Source of the DNA: Ginkgo biloba
Taxonomy: Eukaryota > Plantae > Ginkgophyta
Assembly (NCBI GenBank): GCA_024626585.2
Contig: JANKJI020000004.1
Location: forward strand, 60,125,710 to 60,145,601
Length of the DNA: 19,892 nt
Direction: 5' to 3'
Position numbers and translations under genes: made by a program
The notes under the pieces: generated by a model
What the model saw: the letters and a program-made list of their open reading frames with translations, nothing else
Told to the model about the DNA's origin: nothing
Database searches by the model: none
In this document: piece by piece, positions 9,722 through 18,912 of the stretch
How the letters are laid out: each line of letters opens with the position of its first letter
Numbering within the stretch: the first letter of the stretch is position 1

Positions 9722-10474
9722 TAGAGTAGTGATTTTAAAAAATAAGCAACAATGTCATGAAATCAACATAAGTTTAGATGCAGGGCTAAACATGCATAGT
9801 TGAGTGGAGTGGTAGACTAGAGTAGTGATTTTAACATCGTACCAATAATGTGAAGAAGCCACCATAGGCTTATATCTACACGATTTTACCTACACTTGAC
9901 TTATGCTAGCACGTAGTCCACACAAAATCAATTGCAACACCATTAAAGGCGACTCAATATCAAGTCCTAAATATCTATTAGTATTCGAGAGAGAGAGGTC
10001 ACTAAAATAACAACTTCAAGCCTTGCATCCAATGTCTACTTTCGAATTAACAAAGCTTGATAGGCATGTTGCATATTATAACCCCTAAATGGCAACCATA
10101 GAGTTTTAATGTGAATTTTAAGCACACCGACCCAAGTAGAGTAGTGATTTTAACATCACAAATACAATGCTAAGAAGCCAACATATGCTTATTCGATGGT
10201 GGGATTTACCCGCACTCAACTTGCACTATCATGTAGTCCACAGGAAATCGACGATAACATCATAGAAGGCCACCCAATGCTCAACCCTTCTAAGCAATTG
10301 TTAGTACTAGAGAGAGGGAGGTTGCTAGCATGACTTTAAAACTCGCATCCAACGTCTACTTGCATAATGCCAAAGATTTAGGGACATGTTTCTTATAATA
10401 CCTAAATGATGCATGTAGATTTTTTATATGGACTAAACACACACACACCCTTTTTAGTAGAGTAGTGATTTTAA
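9722..10474. repeat. Diverged ~320-bp tandem repeat (two full units plus partial copies) anchored on an invariant 17-mer TAGAGTAGTGATTTTAA
   Basis: 17-mer at 9722-9738, 9818-9834, 10137-10153 and 10458-10474 (spacings 96, 319, 321). Units 9818-10136 and 10137-10457 share blocks AAGAAGCCA, GTAGTCCACA, GCATCCAA.GTCTACTT and CCTAAATG. Confidence 0.85.
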
Positions 10475-10682
10475 TGTTGTAACCTATGTCACCAGGTACG
10501 AGTACGAATTCGAGTTCGATAGGTAAAAATCATCAAAAAATCGAAGTGATAGAAAAAATTCAAAAAAAAATGCCATAAAATACGTTACATACAAAAATAT
10601 TTTAACATTCATATTTTCAAAAGGCTTAGCAATGGATTCAAAAGTGAAAAAAAATCCATCGTTCAAATTACATGTGTTTGCA

Positions 10683-11129
10683 AAAATTGGGTTCAAAAGT
10701 GTATTTCTGGTCACTAACACCTTGAAAGGCGACAACCATTTCTTCTCTTTTGCTTCATAGTATGGGTACTTATGCCTACTAATCCCTTATCTAGTTTTCC
10801 ATACTTATCCAGTGGTTAGTAGGCAGCCTCACGTTTTCAGCAACAAATACCGTATATGGTTTAATGAAAAACCTACGAATGAAGCAAAAATTGGATATGT
10901 TGTGTCAGAATGGGTTGGGCAAAAATAAAACATTGCAGATCTTCGGGAGATTTATGGTTCTCAATCCAGACTACCAAATACATGTATAATTTTGCCTTTG
11001 CGAATGGAGAAGAGTGACAATGTCAGAAAGTAATTGTTTGACATCCATCCGAAATTGATCCTATTTCTCTCAAAGATCAAGCATATGACAGTTCGTGAAG
11101 ATAACAGTTCAATTCGTAGCAGCAGCAAG
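10683..11129 (+). pseudogene. Pseudo-exon of a sacsin/NO VEIN-like GHKL (HATPase) protein, plant At3g48770-like family
   Basis: One frame reads IGFKSVFLV-[105-bp insert]-SRQPHVFSNKYRIWFNEKPTNEAKIGYVVSEWVGQK*NIADLREIYGSQSRLPNTCIILPLRMEKSDNVRK*LFDIHPKLILFLSKIKHMTVREDN. GxGFKSVF and T.I.LPL...HP..LLFLSKIK are typical of this family. Stops at 10926-10928 and 11031-11033. Upstream TGTTTGCAA resembles a mutated TGCAG splice acceptor. Confidence 0.82.
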
Positions 11130-11476
11130 NNNNNNNNNNNNNNNNNNNNNNNNNNNNNNNNNNNNNNNNNNNNNNNNNNNNNNNNNNNNNNNNNNNNNCA
11201 CCCACGACTTCCTCCGTTGGTAAAAATCTCGCGTAACAGCAACAAGAATCACAGTTCGAAGGCGGTGTCGAGACTCGTGGCCACATGTGCAGAGAAAAAT
11301 AATTTTTGATGTGTTAAAATGTTAGGGCAACAAAAAGTTTTGGCGTTTTAATAAACAATCCGCGGTCAACAAAGTTGACCATTAAAACACGCATTTTTTT
11401 CTACATNNNNNNNNNNNNNNNNNNNNNNNNNNNNNNNNNNNNNNNNNNNNNNNNNNNNNNNNNNNNNNNNNNNNNN

Positions 11477-13100
11477 GGTGACCTAGGTCTTAGCTATCTA
11501 GTATAGTTTGCCAATAGTGTTGCCTACTTCCATCAGTCAATGACTGTTGCCAACAATATGTTGATATTAAATTTTGTACATAATTGTTGCAAAAGTTCAA
11601 TCTTTTGTTCATGGTTTAGAAATGGTTAAGCGGTATTTGATGTGCCAGCAACTATTGGGACCATATTTTTGTTGATAAACTTTAGACCCAATTTTTATAG
11701 GCAATGACTTCTTCAACTCCGACAACCAATTAGGTGGAGTGAACTTAGGAGCCTCGAGTTTTTTAACTATCTCTTGTATTTCCTAAACTACCTCTTGGAA
11801 TCGCACCTTCTCTTTGGCCAAATTTGGGAAGTTGGAGTCATTCTTTTATGTGGGTAATATTGTCTCACCACTTCATGTTGTAAGTTGAGGGAGGCTACCA
11901 AATCCAAAATCAGGCTCATGAAGTTTGAAGTTTTGGTTTTATTTTTGGGTTATTGGCGCAATTGTCCCACTCATGATCACCAAAGCCACACTCCTCGCAT
12001 ACAAACGTGCTACTGTTATTTTTCGTAGGACATTCTATGCGAGTATGCCCCCATTGTAGACACAAGTGACAATGTATTGGTTTCGTTTTTCCTTCCTAGG
12101 TCTTGTATTGTCGTGGTGAGTTATTATTCATATGTTGGTAGGACATATTCCGTGTACCATGACCCCACATTATACGGCTTGACCCCGTTGGTTAAAATAG
12201 CAAATTTCAATGCAGTAAGAATCAACCTCACAAATGTCACACCATTGTTCTAATATGATTACTAGTTGTTCTTTCATGTGTTCATTATGTAAATGACCTT
12301 ATTGATTGCAAGGTGGACGATACCAAACATCATTCCTGGTTGTAGGTAACATCTCCTATTGTAGTTTCCTATATTTTCCCAAAGGGTATTGATGATTGGG
12401 TTGCGTCTTTGTTGTTCCTCCAACTTTGGGGCTGCTAGCGCACATTATAACTATTCAATCTCAACATCTTGCGCAGGGGCCATATAACTCATGGCATGAC
12501 ATGGACTAGCATTACCAAGTTAATTTTCGATTTGCTTTGTGAGATCTCAAACTTGTTAATAACTCAACATTGGGTGTAACCTGACTAAATTTTGTACATG
12601 GGGTAATAGTCCTTGCATANNNNNNNNNNNNNNNNNNNNNNNNNNNNNNNAGATGTGTTGGAGAAGGCATATCTTCAAGTTAGACTTTATTTAATAAGAT
12701 TTGCATTGTTATGTTATAATCCTTAATTTATTCTCCTGAGTGTTGTTGAAGTTACTCAAGTGCTTGAAAGATGGTTAGGGGATCTTAAAGTTTTTGAAAA
12801 TAATCCAAAAATAGTGATTGAAACTACTCCCAATTTGGTTCATTCAAACTCACATATTGGGACCATGTGATTGTTGGGCCTCTTAATGCGTTGAAAAATC
12901 ATGCCTTAATTTAACGTTCCCTAGTGATGTTTTTTAGCTCCAAAATATTCTTGAGTAAGGCTAAATGGTCAAATGGTTTTCTAATTCCATCATAGCATAG
13001 GTTAGTGAATGCATTATCGTTTTGTGCAGCAATGTACAGTTGATTGAGTCCAACATTATCTTGGTTCACCATTGCAAATGACAAATTCTTTTGTATCAAT
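11477..13100 (-). mobile_element. Degenerate gypsy gag with capsid domain and multiple CCHC zinc knuckles
   Basis: Capsid ~12650-13000: YDGIRKPFDHL...FFNALRGPTITW...WE*FQSLFLDYF...LQQHSGE*IKDY. Perfect knuckles CHLCLQWGHTRIEC (12030-12071) and CEECGFGDHEWDNC (11958-11999). Degenerate knuckles CDICEVDSYCIEIC (12200-12241) and RPPCNQ*GHLHNEH (12278-12319). Gag-protease linker-like ELLQQLCTKFNINILL near 11550-11600. Confidence 0.85.
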
Positions 13101-13630
13101 AGTGGTGTTATGGTATCGGAGCTTCTTCAAAGAGCGATCCAAATTTCAAGTCTCGTGTTGATGTATTGAAATGACCTAAAGATTCTGGAGTACTTGGTTG
13201 TGAGATGAACAATCTGAGTTTCTTTTCCAATTATCATTCACAACAAAGAGGTCTTCGCCAACCTTTTCATTAAGCGCCAGCATATTTCTCCATTATCTAG
13301 TTCTTGCAATGTTTGGGTACTTTCTTCTGTTCAAAAGTCAATTTTGAGTCCTTTTCTAGCATAGGCATTTGCAATTCAAATACCATCTTCTTCTTCTTCC
13401 TTAGCCCCTTGATCGTGCTACTCTTTCCCTTGTTTGAGAGGTCGGACTTTCACCCTATTCGAACTACTTTTTGCAAGTCATTTTTGTGGCTTGTGCAAGT
13501 TTCTACTACTCTCTATGCTCAAAACATTATGTCCTTCGATCAACTACAGGTTGCTCCTTAAGCAATTTGACAAGGACCCTTGGCTACCTCAAAGGTTTTA
13601 GCTAAACCTTATGACCTTCGTAACAACCAA

Positions 13631-13648
13631 GGTTCAAAAATCTAGCCA
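13631..13648 (-). promoter_or_regulatory. Primer-binding-site candidate
   Basis: Minus strand reads ...GATAACA|TTC|TGGCTAGATTTTTGAACC: LTR-terminal CA, 3-nt spacer, then TGG, upstream of gag. The priming tRNA is not identified. Confidence 0.5.
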
Positions 13649-13651
13649 GAA

Positions 13652-13970
13652 TGTTATCTACTACTAATTGAATTCTTGAGAGAAGTCACTTCAGCTCATT
13701 TGAAGTTTACATCGGTGGTAAGTTAGGCGATAACCTTAGAGAGACTAGAATGGCAATCTTGTTGCTCTCACCGACAAGGCCACATTCCAAGGTCTTTCAA
13801 GAGATCAATGTTGGGAATACTATAGTCGCTCATACATACTATGAATATGAAGTAATAAGAACCAAGCATTCATCATGTAGTCATTCATAAGAACTGCAAA
13901 TAGAGACAAATGTGAATAGATGATATTATATTGATTATAGTTGATTAAAATGGAAACACTTGATGATTTT
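13652..13970 (-). repeat. 5' LTR (R/U5 part) of the minus-strand multi-knuckle gypsy family, truncated by an adjacent insertion
   Basis: Homologous to ~3720-3985 (roughly three-quarters identity by eye). Ends in CA at 13652 followed by a PBS-like TGG. Homology stops abruptly at 13970, where TGTTAAC begins. Confidence 0.75.
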
Positions 13971-14322
13971 TGTTAACAGGGGATTTGTACCTAACGAAAT
14001 AGGAAGACATTGATGAAAAATATGTTAACTGGCCTGTGATGACATGGCAATCGAAGGAGTCAAACACCTTGATGACATGGCAAGATATTGGATAACATGG
14101 CTAAACCAACATGACATGGCAGACCCAAATGACGTGGTCGACCCTAATGATGTGGCAACAGCCAAAGGACATCAACTAGCATTAATTACAGGCTAAAGTC
14201 ATCCCTAAAATCAAAGTCAATGTTGGTCAAAGGTCAAAAATAAGTATCTGCAAAGAATTGCAATTATTATAGGTGAAATGCATTAAATGCTAAAGTACAA
14301 TCACATTTAGTATTGAAGAACA
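13971..14322. mobile_element. Probable terminus (LTR-like) of another element inserted into the 5' LTR, carrying six ATGACGTGGCA-like motifs
   Basis: Starts TGTTAAC exactly where LTR homology ends. Motif copies at 14039, 14072, 14092, 14111, 14129 and 14147. Confidence 0.45.
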
Positions 14323-14422
14323 NNNNNNNNNNNNNNNNNNNNNNNNNNNNNNNNNNNNNNNNNNNNNNNNNNNNNNNNNNNNNNNNNNNNNNNNNNNNNN
14401 NNNNNNNNNNNNNNNNNNNNNN

Positions 14423-14770
14423 CATCATCTATATATGTGCCTTCTCTGTTTGGCGTGATGATGGGAACTTGAGCAATCCCTTTCGCCTTCAAAACTATGT
14501 CATCACCCAAGGTCATTGTCTGACTTGTCGCCTCCCACATATGTTTGAACCATTCCAATCTACTAGTCATGTGTCTGGTTGCTCTAGAGTCAATGTACCA
14601 TGCATCATGGGGATCATTTTTCACATGATAAGATGTTATCTTCCCCTTCTCATCTCCCCCAGATGATTGAATCCTAGAGTGACCTGTCTGCTTCTTCTAT
14701 TTTGGTGGCAACTTACGACAATCTCTCCTCAAATGTCCATGCTTCCCACAGTGTCAACACCTAGGCCTAT
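14423..14770 (-). mobile_element. Ty1/copia gag zinc knuckle plus aspartic protease fragment
   Basis: C*HCGKHGHLRRDC (14718-14759) in the same frame as AWYIDSRATRHMTSRLEWF...MTLGDDIVLKAKGIAQV (copia consensus WxLDSGASxHMT...VxLGDxxxLxxxGxGxV; DSG mutated to DSR). Ends at a 100-N gap. Confidence 0.9.
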
Positions 14771-17700
14771 TTTTCCCCCACGAACCCGCCTATTGTACAT
14801 TTTGTTCAATTGGACCGGTATTCTTCCTAGGGACAAAGGATTGTTTACAAGAGGCATAATTTGCTACTGCATTCATGATTGTCATTTTTCCAGCAATTTA
14901 AACAAAAAATTATGGGTACAAAAACATGCCACAAAATCACTAAATACAGACCACCGCGGGCTTAAAACAGCCTCATCACATCACCAAAAATTATATTTTA
15001 TTATTTTTTTTATTTTGGTTTCTCGGTCAGCTCGCAGGGTGCCAAATTTGCCTCAAATACCTCGATCAACATGCACGTAGATAATATTTAGACTCGAAGT
15101 TCATTGTTCATCATGCAAGATGCCAGAATTTAGTCATGTAACCACTTCTGATAGAAAGTACATAAAAAATTAGACTCAATCGTGTTTTTAGAATCTAAAA
15201 TTGACAACAGATAGACCCAAAAATGAGCTTAACTCTTTCTTCTCATTTGACTGACAGCTAGTTGACTTAGGCACCTTTTAATAATTATTTTTCTAATGTT
15301 TAAAACTTAAGAAAAAATGATTTCTTTTTAGTTTGTCGATTTCGAGTCATTCCACTCCCTATTCAATTTTTTGCTCGATCAATTTGCATCCTCAACAACT
15401 AACCCTACTACAATCTCCATCGGCCTCTCGATCCATGGTAATCTATATGCATTTCACTCACGGTACCAAACCACTTCTACTGGGATTTCCTTCCACCATT
15501 TGATCTGGCCTACAACAACTCCCGCCCCACAACTTACAAACGTTCGCGTTCCTCAAGTCTCAATGACGTTCAACACTGTTTTCCTTCTATTCAACTCATA
15601 ACAGCACAAATTCTACTACAGACACGTCTTTTGTTGTGTGTTGCTCGAGCCATCCCAACCTTAAACGATCGTTCTCCAACGTAGCCATGCTACAGGGAAA
15701 TTCCCCTTCGATGAACAGTGTTCAATGATAGCCCAACAGTAATCCGAAATTGTTCGAATAGCCACGACTTTCCTCTCCACGAGCTTTTCTCCCTGCAACG
15801 TTCTCAACATTCTACCAAACCACCTTAGTATTTGATGGCGTTTCTCCAGCGTACGCATATCTCTCCTGTCCCATCATCTACTCCACAACCGAGTGTCNNN
15901 NNNNNNNNNNNNNNNNNNNNNNNNNNNNNNNNNNNNNNNNNNNNNNNNNNNNNNNNNNNNNNNNNNNNNNNNNNNNNNNNNNNNNNNNNNNNNNNNNNNN
16001 NNNNNNNNNNNNNNNNNNNNNNNNNNNNNNNNNNNNNNNNNNNNNNNNNNNNNNNNNNNNNNNNNNNNNNNNNNNNNNNNNNNNNNNNNNNNNNNNNNNN
16101 NNNNNNNNNNNNNNNNNNNNNNNNNNNNNNNNNNNNNNNNNNNNNNNNNNNNNNNNNNNNNNNNNNNNNNNNNNNNNNNNNNNNNNNNNNNNNNNNNNNN
16201 NNNNNNNNNNNNNNNNNNNNNNNNNNNNNNNNNNNNNNNNNNNNNNNNNNNNNNNNNNNNNNNNNNNNNNNNNNNNNNNNNNNNNNNNNNNNNNNNNNNN
16301 NNNNNNNNNNNNNNNNNNNNNNNNNNNNNNNNNNNNNNNNNNNNNNNNNNNNNNNNNNNNNNNNNNNNNNNNNNNNNNNNNNNNNNNNNNNNNNNNNNNN
16401 NNNNNNNNNNNNNNNNNNNNNNNNNNNNNNNNNNNNNNNNNNNNNNNNNNNNNNNNNNNNNNNNNNNNNNNNNNNNNNNNNNNNNNNNNNNNNNNNNNNN
16501 NNNNNNNNNNNNNNNNNNNNNNNNNNNNNNNNNNNNNNNNNNNNNNNNNNNNNNNNNNNNNNNNNNNNNNNNNNNNNNNNNNNNNNNNNNNNNNNNNNNN
16601 NNNNNNNNNNNNNNNNNNNNNNNNNNNNNNNNNNNNNNNNNNNNNNNNNNNNNNNNNNNNNNNNNNNNNNNNNNNNNNNNNNNNNNNNNNNNNNNNNNNN
16701 NNNNNNNNNCAACATGAGACCTAAGATCAAGGTAGAAATAAGAAAGCATAGACCATAATCAACTGAGCATGTAATGGAAATTGCGCATGGAACAGAAAGT
16801 AGAGACCAAGCTATCCAAGAAAGGTATATCATCCCACAACAAACATAGGGATACAATTGATATCTCTCTATTGTGCACAATGAAACTTCAAATATGATAA
16901 AAAGCAACCAATTCAAAGCAAACATGAAACAAACAAAAAAAAAAAGCAAAAGAAACCATGTTATCAATGTGATGAGCCATGGTCAAAGGACCATTTTAAG
17001 GTCTACAAAAAGCAACAATAGCATTTTTACTTCGTTGAAGCTATAGATAAAGAGAATAAAGGAGAAGAACCTAACATAAATCTAAGAGAATAAAAGAACA
17101 AGAAGGAGAAGAACCAGATAAAGATGATGAATTTATTGAAGAACAACCAATTCAAACAAACAATATTAAAATATCATTACCTATCATGATTGAAATTCAA
17201 AAGCTAGACACTCTCAAAGCACACAACTTCATACACAAATTCGAGTTAAGAATACTATCTCAAGCACTACACAACTGTATCAACTTAAGGAAAGCTAAAC
17301 AAGTAGATGTGTGCATTTACAAAAAGAGTCCACAGCAAGTTACTATACTAGGACACCAGACATTTACTTGCGAAGGAGAAATCGTAAATATCAACCTAAC
17401 AATTGAAGACTACTAATTGAGAATTTTAGAAACATTCAGCACAAACCATGATGAAGAGTACATGAAGTTCAAGTTGAATGGTGCAATGTACAAGATACAA
17501 AGAATACTTTCCCCACCCAATCAAATCATCAACTCAAGTAGGATTGAAACAATCTAAGGGACATGATAGGTTCATCGATCAATTATACTCCATGAACGTG
17601 CAACCAAAGCAACAAGACCAAGTTAACAAGAAATAGAAGAACATCGATTCCCAACAAAAAGAAAGGACCTAGACGCAATTCTTCAAAACCATCACAAAAT

Positions 17701-18205
17701 CTTCTAAGATCTTCCAAAAAGTTTACCTCCAGATAGAGGAATGGAGCACATCATTGAAATCCGGCCAAACAACGTACCTGCAATCGTGAAACCTTAAAGA
17801 TACAACCATAAGCAAAAGGCAGAGATTAAGAATCTAGTTCAAAATTTGTTCAACATGGGAGTTATTACCCATAGCAAAACTCCATATCCCACTCCAATGG
17901 TATTAGTCAAAAAAAAAGATGGTTCCTTTTGCCTATGCATAGATTATAGAGCATTAAACAAGATTACTATTAAAAAAAAGTTCCCTATGACAAGAAGCAA
18001 TGACATATTGGACAAATTATATGGAGACAAGTATTTTTCTAAAATAGACCTATAATCTAGGTACTACCAAATTCTAATTCGAATGGGGGACAAACACAAG
18101 ATAGAGTTTCGAGCACACCAAGGGCATTATGAATTTAGGGCAATCCCATTTGCGCTANNNNNNNNNNNNNNNNNNNNNNNNNNNNNCCAACATTCCAAAC
18201 CCTAA

Positions 18206-18468
18206 TGAATAGAATATTTGTTAAGGTATTGAAATAATACATATTTGCATTCTTCAATGATATCTTAATATACAGTGCTAAGTGGAGCGATCATGTAAAC
18301 CACCTCAACAAAGCACTAGCAAACCTAGAAGAATATTGAATAGAGTCTTTGTTAAGGTATCGAAATAATACATATTTGCATTCTTCGATGATATCTTAAT
18401 ATACAGTGCTGAAGTGGAGTGATCGTATAAACCACTTCAACAAAGCACTAGCAAACCTAGAAGAATAT
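18206..18468 (+). repeat. Tandem duplication (131/132 bp) of the RT catalytic segment
   Basis: 18206-18336 and 18337-18468 are near-identical; copy 1 reads FFND, copy 2 FFDD. Confidence 0.95.
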
Positions 18469-18512
18469 AGTTTATATGCAAAGGAATACAAGTTTATATG
18501 CAAAGGAATCCA
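18469..18512 (+). repeat. 22-bp tandem duplication
   Basis: AGTTTATATGCAAAGGAATACA followed by AGTTTATATGCAAAGGAATCCA. Confidence 0.95.
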
Positions 18513-18558
18513 AATGTTCCTTCAACAAGTAAAATATAGAGTATTTAGGGCACATAAT

Positions 18559-18912
18559 AGACCACTCTAAAATCAAAGCAATAGAGGACTGGATAGCACA
18601 TAAGTCAGTATCCAAGTTGAGCGAATTCCTCGACCTAAAGGGATTCTATGGGAGGTTTGTTTGAGACTGCTCTAGTATTGCAACCTCATTAACAAACTTA
18701 TTGAGGAAAGAAGGGTTCATTAGAATAAGTTAGCAAGACCACTCTAAAATCCAAGCAATAGAGGACTGGATAACACACAAGTTGATATCCAAGTTGAGCG
18801 GATTCCTCGACCTAAAGGGATTCTATGGGAGGTTTGTTCAACACTACTCTAGTATTGCAACCTCATTAACAAACTTATTAAAGAAAAAAGAGTTCATTAG
18901 AATAAGTTAGTA
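18559..18912 (+). repeat. 177-bp tandem duplication in the RT thumb/connection region
   Basis: 18559-18735 and 18736-18912 both run AGACCACTCTAAAATC...TTCATTAGAATAAGTTAG. Confidence 0.95.

Noticed and set aside
9722-10474. CRISPR-like array of identical 17-mers
   Set aside because: Eukaryotic context, intervals of 96-321 bp that are homologous to each other, and no cas genes: it is a tandem repeat.
10484-10610. Possible left end of a hAT-like MITE (CTATGTCACCAGGTACGAGTACGAATTCGAGTTCG)
   Set aside because: No matching right TIR or TSD; the apparent partner CTGGTCACTA is coding sequence of the GHKL exon.
13111-13122. TGGTATCGGAGC, 11/12 match to the tRNA-iMet PBS on the + strand
   Set aside because: Not preceded by an LTR-terminal CA and lies antisense within the gag/leader of a minus-strand element; probably chance.
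15825-16967. Long ORFs of 274-380 aa, and similar ORFs at 4541-4967
   Set aside because: Artefacts of reading through N runs.
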